Source: Octopus bimaculoides
Lineage: Eukaryota
Direction of reading: 5' to 3'
Assembly: GCF_001194135.2 (NCBI RefSeq)
Contig: NC_068984.1
Span: 15,594,264 to 15,655,445, forward strand
DNA length: 61,182 nt
The translations under genes and the position numbers were made by a program. The notes under the pieces were generated by a model, which had not been told where the DNA came from, searched no databases, and saw only the letters and a program-made list of their open reading frames with translations. Below, piece by piece: positions 47,101 through 58,249 of this stretch (its first letter is position 1; each line of letters begins with the position of its first letter).

Positions 47101-50100
47101 AGCATAATACTATGACAGTAATAGCAATGAAAACCTCAACAAGACAATCCTGGATAGACAAAATGATTGTGATGCAAAGTACACAATCTGCAAGCTTATG
47201 AAAGCTGTAACAGGCAAATGAAATATTGTATCACACCGTGACTGAAATGGGTGCTTTCAATACAGCAAAAATATTAAAATTGTTTAGGTGTCAGTCAATA
47301 TAAGTGTTATAATCCTTATTTTGCTAGGTTGTTATAATGCCCACAAAACCAGTGAAGACAAGACTATCTCTGACTGCCTACTACGTACTTCTCTTTACTT
47401 ATAGTGACTACGTTATTCCATTTGTCACACGGGAGGGGTGTACCGTTATTACTAATTCCCTACAACATAGCAATAATTCTCTTTATTCACCCCACCTCCC
47501 AATTTTGTGATTTTTTCATACATCATCATCATCGTTGAACGTCCGCTTTCCATGCTAGCATGGGTTGGATGATTTGACTGAGGACAGGTGAACCAGATGG
47601 CTGCACCAGGCTCCAATCTGATCTGGCAGAGTTTCTACAGCTGGATGCCCTTGCACTTGGCCTCTACTATGTCTTCCTAGACACTTTTTGTTTTCTTGCC
47701 AGGTGGCAATCTATCAAAGACTGATTGTATTTTCCTTGTAAACATCAACTCTGCTGGTAAGCTGCCTGTTGGTGTACTCTGATTTGGTGTCACATGGTAT
47801 ACTCTTAAAAATTGTTGTAGAGTCACTTATCCATGACTTCCTTATGACTCTCTTGAAGGTATCAACAAAGCGTTTTGTCTGTCTGTTAGATCTGGGAAGG
47901 TATGGCGCAGTAGTTATATATTCTACCGTGAACATTTCACAAACTTTTTAAAATTCGCTAGACACAAACTGTGTTCTACTGTCAGACATCATCTTGTCTG
48001 GTATGCCAAATCTTGCAAACAATTTGTGTAAGAAATTTATCACAGCTAAGGAGGTGGGTTTTTTTCACACTTACAAATATTCCTGGCCATTTCGAGAAAC
48101 TATCAACTACCAGTAAGTAGTAAGAACCATTTAAAGGATCAGTGAAATCGATGTGTAGTCTTGACCATGAAGCATCTACTTATGAACAATGTTTACTTTT
48201 TATCATGGGCAATTTTTCATTTTGTTTGGGCTTCCATACAGGTGTTCCACTGTGTTTTACTGCAATTTTTTGTTTCAGTCCCTCAGCTGTATTTGAACCG
48301 ACTATATTTCCACACAAAACATTTATGGGTGTATTCCATACTTTGAATAGTTCCACCCAATCTGTGCTGAATAAATCAAGAGAACCTTTTAACACATATA
48401 TCCTTGCCTTTTTAGTTTGACCTTGAAATGTTACACTACATATGAATTCCCCACCCAAAATATAATTTTCCCCCCTCCACATACAAAACATGGGTTTATT
48501 TCTTGATTTTTGTCGTGCTTTTTAGAAAACACTTTGTTTCGCACTTGCTTTACTCGAAAACAATCTTTGTTTGACTTCCTCTGTGTCGTGTCTTAATTTG
48601 ACTATCCTTTCACATTCTTCTGACACTTGTAGTAGGGTTACATCCCAGTTTAGCGAGAATTCTAGTTCTAATTTCTGTAGTTAATCCCTGTGTAAAAATC
48701 AGGCATTTGAACATATCTGGCGTTAATTCATCCAGCTTGAACTTTTTGCATTCCTTGTGAACTCTACCAATAATATGTGATGTAGTCCTCATTATTGTTT
48801 TTCGCTATGTTCAGACACTTCCAACGTGTGTTGAACAATGAACTTTTTTTCACTAAAAGTTTTACACAATATATGTATTGTGCCATTAAAGTTTATGTCA
48901 GAAGGTTTTTATTGGGAGTACATAATTACTGTATTGTTCATGTTCTGTTGCTGCCAGTTGTCATCTCATTGTCCCTCTCTTTACATTCTTTCTTGAAGAT
49001 TTGCTTATATCTTCTGTAGTATGCTTTGAAGGTAACTCCTTTGTCAGGTTCGTATTTAACTTTGTTATGGAATTTGTGACAGTCTGGCAAGAACACTTTT
49101 TCTAAGGACTTCAGTGATTGCAGCATTTGTTGCTGTTTTCGCAACTTGAGCAAACCTGCCAACAAATTTTCTGTACTTTAACGATTTTTTTTTTGTAAAA
49201 TTTGCACACCAACTTTTTGAGTTTAACTCCTCTTCGAGTTTCTATTAGCTCCACGTGAATTGGTTTATCCCCACCGAGTTTATTAATTCATTATCACTAT
49301 TATAATCCTTAAGATATTGGATTGTTGTAATGCCCAATTCGGCATACAGTATATTTAGTAAAACCAGTAAAAACATGACGATCTCTGACTGCCTACTATG
49401 TACTCTGGTACTTCACTTTACTTATAGTGAGTAGGCTATTCCATTTGTCATGTGGAAGGGGTGTACCATTATTACTAATTTGCTACAATAAGATAATTAA
49501 CTAGATACAAAATAGAGAAATTCACTAAGGATGAGATCAAGAATACATCCATTTTTACAGTATCTTTCCATCCACTGAAGTCCTTTGCTGTCTTTATTAA
49601 GGTCAACCTCTACAGATCACCCTCCTCCATTTTTTCATGTCTTTATCCAACTGCTATTTTCTGTACCCATCATATACCCACAACAGCTCAGTCTTCTCTC
49701 AAGCAGATGTGTGATTCTTCTTATGCCCTGTTTTTCTCTCAGTGCAATATTATTCACTTCTTTTCAGCATATCCTCTGGATGTTTCATTACCAAGCAACA
49801 TCTTGTCTTCATTTAGAAAGTTATCCCTTATTCTTTCTTTGGATACTACTCTTCTGGAACACCCACTTCTACTGTTAACTTGGGCAACTAAGTAATGGAA
49901 ACTACCAACTACTTCTAGGTAATTCTGTAAGCATCTGAAATAATTTTATTCTGCATTTGTAACATACAACACCTTTCTGTTATTGATCCTCACGTGATGC
50001 CTACTGCAGCTCTTGTACGTCCATAGTTCACATTGGTACCCCATATGGCATTAATATTGAGCACAACCACTTCTAAAATGGCAGTAAAGTTTCGGTTCCT

Positions 50101-52381
50101 TTCCTTTGGTGTGTTAGGTTTTATAGTCTCTTGATCTTGAGTTTAGCTTTCAAATTTGGAATTTCATTACTATTTCTTTGACAAATTGAGCTATGGATGA
50201 TTTGTGAGAATATCTGTAGTTGCCTTATTCGGAAGACAGCAAGAGTTGCATTAATTTTGGAACAAATTCAGACTGCATTTCAAAGCTAATCTTTTCAATT
50301 AGCTGTACTCTAATTTTTTGTTACTTTTCTGATTGCAAAAACATTAAATGACCACATAATCAAAAGTTAGGTCAAATATTTTTCTTTAGCTAACGTAATT
50401 TTGAGACTATCTGTTAAATTTAAAAATGAATTAACCTGCAACTAATCATATACAAGTATACATATATACATACCAAAGCCATCATCACCAATCAAAGTGA
50501 TATTTCCATAATCTTCCCGCATAGTAATTTCTTCAGGACGACTTTGATTTACTGAAAATTGAGCTTGTACATTGATTTCACTGAAAGAGTATTGAAATAG
50601 AATTAAATTGTATCTGAAGTTATAATAAGAGAAACTGAAGATTATAAAATGCAAAAATACGTTACAATACATTTGAAGTTCGCAGGATAAAATTAGTTTC
50701 ATATAGCACAATCATCTTTAAATTTGAAACAGAATCCTTTTACATTTGAAAACAGAGTTATGCATAGCAAACCTAAAATAATCAGAGATTCTGCATGTTA
50801 AAATATTTGAGAAAATGTCACAATAGGAAAATAAACACTTATGTTCTGATAGCTCTTGATATAAAATTCTTCATGACTGTACAGAAAAAGTCCTTGCTAT
50901 AGTATTAGTAACAAAATGGCTTCTTAGGAACAGACACTAGGCAAATTTAACTGTGCAATCATATATTGCAGTTTATTTCAACTGGTGCAGCCAATAATAG
51001 ATTTTCCTAGATGATTACAACACTTACAGAAGGCAAACTAAATGAAATTCATTGACTTCACTTTTTAGTAAAGCTATACAATTAAATATTTCTACTTACT
51101 TGAGGTCTGCTAGGGTAGTATCAAAATCATGAAAATTTTCTTGTAAGGTGATTGCAGCTACTGAAGCTTCTCGGTTTTCTTCAGGAAGATCAACTACCCC
51201 AGGACGAAAAGCCATCTTGATTTTAACAAAAGCTTCATTACAATCAGCTAAAAGATATTTGGCTTTTCGAGAATAAATACGTACAACTCCCAAAAGCAAG
51301 TGGCCTGATGTTCTTAATGCCATTTTTACCTGAAAAAAAAAAGAAAAGAAAAAAGAATGAACATGAATTTATTGCTAACACATGTACAACTAATGAAGAA
51401 AATGCAGTATTTTGCTATGGTTAAATTTGGTCCCTATGAATTGAGAATCTATTGATTGACAACACTTGCTCTGTGAAGACACTTATTCAAACTAAGAACT
51501 CCCTTTTCATAGCTGTTATGTCCATGAGTGACGAGGCAACCTATATATAGCTGCTTGGCTTGCTAGAAATACCAGTTAAGCCACATCCTAAGGAAAGAAC
51601 ACATCAGATGTAGTCTTTAATACCCTTTAAAACCACAGGATGGTAACAGTTGGAATGCTTTTGACTATCCTTGATCAGTTTATTAGGGACAGCAACCTCT
51701 AGGTATCATTTATATTGCTACAACTGCATGCTGGACAGCAGTATCAACGTAATGGGTAAGTGAAGGTGCAACTGTGGGTGATCAAACAGACCACACAATA
51801 AATATGTGTCCAGATAATTATTCCCCGGTGGAATACAGACTGTCTTTAATCAGATCCAAGCTGCTCAATTACAAGTGACAATTGCTAATGATAATGAACC
51901 AATTAGAAATGCTCACAAAGTTATAAGGAAAACACAGATGCAAGTATTGTTATGGCTTGGTAGATCAAAACAAGGCAAGTTTTAACAATGTATTTATTAT
52001 AAAATACCTATCAAAGTATTTAACAACAAAATACAGGGTTACTATTAAAACAATGATACTTATTACTGAATTGTTATACTGACACGACATTAAATTATAT
52101 TAATCCATATTTTATAATGTAAAAGAAAACGATAATAATAATCATAAACAATCTTAATGCATTATAAACAATGTTTAAATGATAATTCAGTAATAAACAA
52201 AACATTCTAAAATATACAAAGAGAATAGGAAACTTACCTTAGGTTTGAGAATAGCTTCAACACTGCTGTCAATATTTGTTTCAAAAACATGTGCCTTTGT
52301 CAATTTCTTGTCCCAATGGGCCGCCAGCCATATTTTGGCCAGCGGACCCTTTTTACTCAGTACAAAATGGGCGTAAAACAT
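34793..52381 (-). CDS. RAD21: Double-strand-break repair protein rad21 homolog (cohesin alpha-kleisin Scc1/Rad21), spliced; last codons in an N gap
   Basis: Exons (minus) 52381-52238, 51329-51100, 50580-50474, 46402-46211, 44317-44216, 43114-42929, 38937-38714, 38303-38033, 37290-36806, 35051-34793 total 2200 nt in one frame. N-terminus [23 protein letters not shown], central KRKRKLIVD...[24 protein letters not shown]-terminal WNKR...[17 protein letters not shown] winged-helix motif. Confidence 0.97.
35067..35103. repeat. (AAT)n microsatellite next to the last RAD21 acceptor
   Basis: Direct reading. Confidence 0.9.
35560..36345. mobile_element. RTE LINE 3' end with (GAT) tail, plus family C fragment interrupted by an antisense family A SINE
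   Basis: Degenerate RT end (CRRERPWKR) then gcaacccatacctgcatggaaaacggac...gacgatgat; family A reverse complement at 36135-36345. Confidence 0.65.
36806..37290 (-). CDS. RAD21: RAD21 exon (485 nt), poly-Ala and Pro/Ser-rich linker
   Basis: gatgtAG acceptor, CTG|gtaagt donor; open frame, phases compatible with flanking exons; low complexity so boundaries less certain. Confidence 0.8.
37455..37968. mobile_element. Antisense family C copy plus truncated hAT MITE
   Basis: ctttccatgctagcatgggttggacg; right TIR ggttgagaaccactg ending at 37968. Confidence 0.8.
38033..38303 (-). CDS. RAD21: RAD21 exon (271 nt): [10 protein letters not shown]...ESPELARD...Gln/His/Pro-rich
   Basis: taaAG acceptor, G|gtcagt donor; LFGRNL matches vertebrate LFTRCL position; frame joins both neighbours. 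Confidence 0.88.
38714..38937 (-). CDS. RAD21: RAD21 exon (224 nt), STAG/SA-binding region
   Basis: ttgtAG acceptor, CGA|gtaagt donor; KRKRKLIVD...[10 protein letters not shown]. Confidence 0.96.
42140..42410 (+). mobile_element. CR1/L2-group LINE 3' relic with a perfect 37-bp tandem duplication
   Basis: [13 protein letters not shown]...FWNLF resembles the CR1-group C-terminus; duplication at 42171-42244. Confidence 0.5.
42929..43114 (-). CDS. RAD21: RAD21 exon (186 nt): EPEAAPQP...[23 protein letters not shown]
   Basis: ttgtAG acceptor, G|gtcagt donor; QTTLV.NE.EAFALEP.D motif. Confidence 0.92.
44216..44317 (-). CDS. RAD21: RAD21 exon (102 nt): [15 protein letters not shown]...EKPQ
   Basis: tttcAG acceptor, G|gtatt donor; GGLFED resembles vertebrate GGIFDD. 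Confidence 0.85.
45779..46060 (+). mobile_element. piggyBac transposase N-terminal relic
   Basis: [13 protein letters not shown] acidic start; across frameshifts [15 protein letters not shown]...[10 protein letters not shown] matches the piggyBac P..YF.LF....V.ETN motif. Confidence 0.65.
46211..46402 (-). CDS. RAD21: RAD21 exon (192 nt): [13 protein letters not shown]...DEPSFM
   Basis: aatAG acceptor, G|gtaagt donor; DDREILR separase-type site. Confidence 0.9.
47305..49487 (-). mobile_element. Internally deleted Ty3/Gypsy (Mag-like) LTR retrotransposon
   Basis: Related LTRs 47305-47464 and 49298-49487; 5-bp TSD ATAAG (47300-47304, 49488-49492); gag-like [10 protein letters not shown]...EIRTRIL, protease-region LFSTDW...WNTPIN, integrase WSRLHIDF...SFSKWP...FARFGIP...TAPY.P.SN...RFVDTFK; no RT/RNase H; family C insertion at 47520-47652. 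Confidence 0.85.
49510..50100 (-). mobile_element. RTE LINE relic
   Basis: Minus frame [11 protein letters not shown]...CRG*P resembles RRL.W.GH...RGRP; heavily degenerate. Confidence 0.5.
50474..50580 (-). CDS. RAD21: RAD21 exon (107 nt): [25 protein letters not shown]...DDGF
   Basis: tttcAG acceptor, G|gtatgt donor; NQSRxEEITMRE motif. Confidence 0.95.
51100..51329 (-). CDS. RAD21: RAD21 exon (230 nt): [19 protein letters not shown]...[11 protein letters not shown]
   Basis: poly-T cAG acceptor, AA|gtaagt donor; kleisin N-terminal domain. Confidence 0.97.
52238..52381 (-). CDS. RAD21: RAD21 first coding exon (144 coding nt; acceptor places exon start at 52400, 19 nt of 5' UTR)
   Basis: ATG at 52381; AAG|gtaagt donor; upstream tttgtttcAG acceptor implies a further non-coding exon. 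Confidence 0.97.
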
Positions 52382-52767
52382 TGTTATTTTTCAGTAAAAT
52401 CTGAAACAAATTGTAGAAAAATATTTGATCATTCAAGTTACTTACTATGCATTAAAAACAATTATTTCGTTGTCTGTTTCCCGCACCACGAGCGTGAAAG
52501 GGAAATAAGTTTTGACCAATAATATACGTTCTCTTATAGTCATTCAATTAAACCTTATATTTAACCAGGTGCTAGGTATTGAATGACAAGTAATTCTAAA
52601 CGGATTTGTCCTGAGTTACAAATTAAAATAAGGGAGGGAAAAAATCTGCATTTAACGGGGGCAGGGAACGCCGCTGATAGTTAGACATCTGAAACGGTTG
52701 GTCGAAAATAGATTTTATAAAACAAGATATTGGCACTACGGGGTCAGTTAATGCTTAAGAAAACTTC

Positions 52768-52853
52768 GGCGGAGGTAAAGAATACGCACACCACCCGTTT
52801 TCGGCGTAACAAAAACCTTAACCCTAAACATCGGGTGTGCGTACTCTTTCGCC
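52768..52853. mobile_element. 86-bp MITE with 8-bp TSD, GG...CC termini and internal CCTAA repeats (Merlin-like)
   Basis: AAAACTTC at 52760-52767 and 52854-52861; arms ggcg(gaggt)aaagaatacgcacacc / ggtgtgcgtactctttcgcc; internal ccttaaccctaa. Confidence 0.7.
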
Positions 52854-53245
52854 AAAACTTCTAACATACAACACATCAAACAAGTTAGATTGTCCCCACA
52901 CTACCCCTCAAAAATTTTACTCATTTAGTCTAAATCTTTTCTATATTAACGTTAGCGTTAGTGCGATCACAAGAAACCCCACCTCAGTACGTATTTACCG
53001 CGCCAAAATGAACCGTACATTTGTATGTTTTAAGGGTAACAAGGACACAGAATACATTTCAAAGTATTCTTCCTCGTTTCCGTAGAAGTTAGTTCAGATA
53101 ATTCTTACAAGTTTTCATGCTTACAATTAAGAAACAGAACTAAAACATTTCTTAAACGGTTCTGTGCTAATCGCCCAATATGACCAGAGCACTTGAAAGA
53201 AGTTACAGTAATTGCTTGTTGAAGGGCCATCTAGTATAATGTAAC

Positions 53246-53870
53246 ATGAGCCGAATACTCTCGGAGCTCCAGGGTCGGGAGTCTGGATTTATGCTTTTCA
53301 CATCATATGCCAGGAACATTCTCAACCCCAAAGATCTGGGTACTACTAAAGCAGCGCGGACCCGAACGCGCAGTTGCGCGTCCGCGCTAGCTAGTCGTGA
53401 GTGGTCGATCCTAACCCTAACCCTAAACACGTATTCATTTGCACACGCGGGTTAGAGATAGGGTTAGGCTTAGGATCGACCACTCAAGACTAGCTAGCGC
53501 GGACGCGCGACTGCGCGTTCGGGTCCGCGCTGCTTTAGTAGTACCAAGATCTGTGTATTTCTAATGCCCCAAACGCGATTTTGTAACGATGCAAGGGCGG
53601 TACACTCGTAACTGTGGGGTGGTATGCAAGATTAATGGCGACTGGCTGTCAAGTCACGCTGTGCTCAATTAAACACGCTTTGTCTAAACTTGGAGCAGCC
53701 AATAGTCTGGAGCTGATGGGCTCCAAAACGACGGACTGTATATACTTTCCTCGGAAACGAAGGAAATGTCTTATTTGGGATTCAACAGTCGTCGATGCTT
53801 TCGCTAGTTGGAGGATTTCAGATTAACCCCACTTGACCGTACTGGCGTTCCTTTCAAGAGGGCATCCTGT
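53246..53870 (+). mobile_element. CRE-like (restriction-like endonuclease) non-LTR retrotransposon 3' relic, interrupted by a MITE
   Basis: IKHALSKLG...LELMGSKTTDC..FP.KRRKCLIWDSTVVDAFAS resembles IKRAL..AG..LEP.GL..DGKRPDG...PW..GK.L.WD.T..DT.A; removing the MITE plus one TSD (215 nt) puts ORFs 53246 and 53614 in one frame. Confidence 0.65.
53339..53545. mobile_element. 207-bp foldback MITE, 87-bp TIRs, 8-bp TSD, telomere-type repeats (Merlin-like)
   Basis: TIRs 53339-53425 / 53459-53545 match at 84 of 87 positions; start GGTACT; TSD AAGATCTG at 53331-53338 and 53546-53553; cctaaccctaaccctaa and gggttag..tagggttaggcttagg flank a 33-nt spacer. Confidence 0.9.
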
Positions 53871-54180
53871 ATCCCTCAGCAACTTAAATGACAGAGAAAC
53901 CGAGATAGACTCCGCCTTAATAGACATGTAAACTCGTGACAACTGGCACACCGTCGGTTACGACGACGATGAGGCTCCCGGTTGATCCGAGAAACAGAAC
54001 AGCCTGCTTGTGAAATTAACGTGGCTGAGCACTCCAGACACACGTACTTAGACGTAATTACAGGTACAACTCATTTTTGCCAGCTGAGTGAATTGGAGTA
54101 ACCTGACAACGCGCCGCCAGGTATCGAACTCAACACCTTACGAACTTGAGCCGAATGTTCCAACCACTTAGCTACGAGCC
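53870..54180 (-). mobile_element. Family D tRNA-derived SINE retaining CpGs
   Basis: Minus head ggctcgtagctaagtgg (A box) and gagttcgatacc (B box). Confidence 0.75.
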
Positions 54181-56040
54181 TTTACAAGCTCTGACAAAAT
54201 AATTTTACTATTACTCTCTCAAAACATCGCATTTTATCCCAGCTGTAAAGCTAGTAGTCATAGTTGAGTCAGGTAGAGAAAACTAAGTTTAATCGTATTA
54301 CAACGGGTAACATGAAATCCATTTCACCGGTCTCACGTGGTCAAATAGTGAGGTCAAGTGACGCGGTAACAAAATTCTGTAAATACCGTAATTTACTTGG
54401 TCACCAGTGGCATGTGATCCCTCAACTTTCAAGTTTATATCCGAAGTTTTCACGATTGCTATTAACCATAGGCTTTCAACTGCAACAATGAAGGGCAGTT
54501 TCACAAGTATCCTTCCTTCTCTGTTCTGCTGCCATAATATAATGCCAATTAACGGTTATCGATTCACTCAACTAGGAATCCTACGCTGCTTAGTGACATC
54601 ACAAGTAAATTGCATCACAATTATTTTTGGTTAAGAAAAGACCAATTCCAAGTTAGGTTCGATCGAAGAGGTCTATGATCAAGGCCAATCTATTCATGAC
54701 CACCACGTAATTTTATCAAGAAAGAACATGCTTCAATATTTCCTCATTAAAACGGCATAATTTGGGTGATATATGATTGATAATTTCTTTAGGTCCAACG
54801 ACCGCGTTGATGGTACTTCNNNNNNNNNNNNNNNNNNNNNNNNNNNNNNNNNNNNNNNNNNNNNNNNNNNNNGGGGGGAAACAAGCAAAGCTTTTCGTAT
54901 CTCATAACATTACAATATTCCTTTAAAAATGTTACTTAAAATACTTTAAATAGCCATTTTGTTTACGAAATATGATTAAAAAGAGAAAACAAATTGAGAT
55001 ATACTGACAACCAGAAAGTTATTTTTATAACTCAAAATTGATTTAAATGACTTAGATTTGCTACCAACCCAAAGTGAAGGCTGCCACAAAGTCACGTAAA
55101 ATAAAATTCCTCACGTATACAAGAGGTTCGATATGTTGGAGAGGGGAACAGTTCTAACATCCATACACTTCCCCAAACCATCTGTCACATAGGAGAAAGA
55201 AATCACAACTGGGTTTACATGTTGGTTACCAAACAAGCACCAGCCAACCATATTAGATCAATCGTTTTGACAGAATACTTTCCTCTTAATTCGAATGGCA
55301 AAGTTTATGGAAATGTGATAAAACCAATTAAGGAAACACAGAATCTATTTTCTCATTCCAATTTTATACACCTAACAGTTGTGATGACAAATATTTTATT
55401 ATTCAAATGTCAAATTTATTTCAGTTTACAAAAAAAACAAAAAAACTGCTCAATCTAAGTATTGTAAGTATACTGGATACATACATACTAGGATGCAAAA
55501 ATTACTTAAAATCTGCATCTTTGTTTATTATGATACAGGAATATGTTAAATAAATTGGAAACGAGTGACCTACACACCTATTTTATTGAAAATATAAACT
55601 TGCAAATAATAATAATAATATCTCCTAATACTATTTCAATGTCAGTTTCAAGATATTAATGAAACGATTTCAAGAAGATAAAAACTGTCTAAATTTTCAA
55701 AGTCAGCATGATAAAATTAATTTTCAGTGACTGAAACTTTAAACATCATTTCATGACAATGCGATGACAAATAGTTTAGATGACTCAATTTATAAAGGGG
55801 AACAGCGAAGAGGGAACTCTATCGGGATACAATTACAATTATTGATCAAAAGAAATAACAAAGATCAAATTATTTTCATCTTACCTTGAAAAATAAGGAA
55901 ATCGATGCAGTTAATTGAACATTTGTTTGAAAAATATTTAAAAAATATATATGTACTTATAGGGAATTCAAGCTGCTTTTTTTAAAAAGAGGGTTATAAA
56001 ATATCATGTTGCCGCTAATGGGATCGAAAGTAGAAAGTTA

Positions 56041-56220
56041 AAGAGGGGGAGGGGGTAAAAAGGGGACTGTGAGGCTTTAATGTTGAGGAAAATTAAGCGG
56101 GAATCTATCTTGTAGGCTCGCATACAAGCTGACAGCCAATCAACGTTTGTTTGAGTGAGAGGAGCTAACCGCGTCATCGTATAAAAAGGTAGCGGCATCG
56201 CAAGTGGCGACCAGTCATCG
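56041..56220 (+). promoter_or_regulatory. Candidate Pol II promoter: G-rich box, CCAAT, CRE half-site, TATA, Inr-like
   Basis: gggggaggggg (56044), agCCAATca (56134-56142), cgtca (56172), TATAAAA (56180-56186), ccagtc (56211); locally CpG-rich. Confidence 0.5.
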
Positions 56221-57289
56221 TGTGTAAGCCGTCATGCAAACATCAGACTGTCATTAATCAATAGAGCCAGTAAAAATGGTTGGTCTCTGTGAGAGTGATC
56301 TCCCATCAGTCGTATGACCCATTTTTAACGAACAGACAGCTTAGCTTGAAAACTCAACAGGACAGACATTATTACGAATACTGGACGACGACGACGAGAA
56401 ACTTAGTATTTTACTCAAGATATTTCTCTCTCTCCGTACACCATCACACAAGATATATTCGCCTTTCGAATAAGAAAAATTTACAAAATGCTTACGTATA
56501 AAGAAATTTAGACATAAGGATCTGAGAAATTAGAATATTCAGAAATAAAGAAAAAAAATAATTCCAATATGGAAGAAAGAGTTGCAGCAATCAATAGCAA
56601 AAGAAATCTAATTTCTATTTCGATTTCCTTATTTTAAATCAATTTAATTCACTGAAGATAAATAATAACAGCTGATTAAAAAAAATCTTTGATCTATGTA
56701 TAAAATAAATTTGAATTCAGAGCTACTAGTGAGCGGCATCGAATTGATATGATTATGGATATATTCTCAAGTACTTGGCGATAATACTGATGAAAATTAT
56801 ACACAAACACGCTGGTTTCGGTTATGATTATTATTATATAATTGTTTGGGAGGGAGAAAAATGCATTAAAAACCCAATATTTAATAGAGTAGAGGGTCTA
56901 AAATTACAATGTTATGTCGATCTGTAAGATGAAGATAAATTAGAGCATAATCACGCACATCTTTGCTGACATTGAATTTTACACGTATCTAATCATGAGA
57001 GAACATTCCACGTAAATATGGAATAAATTCGTCAAAGAACTATTTCTCTCTCGTTTAATTGGGTTTATGATACGCATATAAATACTTTATTGATGATAAA
57101 CACACCATTCCTAACATCGACGACAAATTTTTTTTTTAATTTTTACCTGGCTGAAGTTAATTCAAAATATTGAAAATGGCTAAGTTTCAAATATAGACGA
57201 CTAAAAACTGAACAAATCAAAATTATTTTAGAAAATTAAGCCAAAAGTGTATATGTGCGTGTGCGCAGACAGAGTGCTAAAATCTTTGT

Positions 57290-57425
57290 GTGTGTGTATA
57301 TATATATATTATATGTGTATATATGTATACGTATATATATATATATATATACATATAACGTGAAGATAAATATGCTTGTGTGTGTATACGTGAAGATTAT
57401 ATGTATAGATGTATATGTATAGATG

Positions 57426-57485
<60 letters not shown>
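57290..57485. repeat. Compound (AT)n/(GT)n microsatellite; similar tracts at 57840-57960, 59480-59545, 59655-59715, 59870-60000
   Basis: Direct reading. Confidence 0.9.
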
Positions 57486-57488
<3 letters not shown>

Positions 57489-57870
57489 CTTCCGCTAAAG
57501 GAAGATATTAAATATAGATGGAGAGATGAATAAATAAAAATCAATAGCAGCAAAAATGTGGGGGTTTATTTAAAACCAAAAAAAAAAAAAACCCAATTTC
57601 ATCAAAAATAGCAAAAGTAGAAATGTGTGCAACAATTTGTATTCATCGAAGGCAATTTACTTGGATATAATTGAAATAAATGAAATTCTCGTTATGGTCT
57701 GTGAAGAAGGGACGAAAATAAATATAAATGCATGTGCAGGTTTTTAAAATAAATTGGGAAGGAAAGATAAGATGCGGTGGTGAGAAGAAAGTACGCCTCA
57801 ACCTCATAGGCGACTTCAACCAGTAGACCAGCGAATACTACATATATATATGTATATATACACAAATGCA

Positions 57871-57901
<31 letters not shown>

Positions 57902-58249
57902 GCCTATATCACAGGGTATATATATATATGTATAATATCCACGCATACCAACATATATATACGCTGTTTGGAAAAGAAATTGTTACTATATTAAGCATTA
58001 GAAACAATAATTATACTATAAAAAATAGATCCGTCTATTTTCCTAGAACCTATCCAGTTCAGAAGCTATGTTAGTTCGCGTTGAAGTAAATAAACGTTCG
58101 GCCCAGATACAAAAAAACCAACTCTTCTCTCTGTACTCGACATATGTTTATCAGTTCGCTGGCCAACCAAGCGATGGACTAGTTTACGAAGGACCCGCAA
58201 GTTTTCAGATAAAAACATCAGCAATATATAACTGGCGCTGCTTACTTAC

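Noticed and set aside
53410-53475. TTAGGG repeats as an interstitial telomere or fusion scar
   Set aside because: Only about three units per side, fully inside TIRs bounded by an exact TSD, so part of a transposon.
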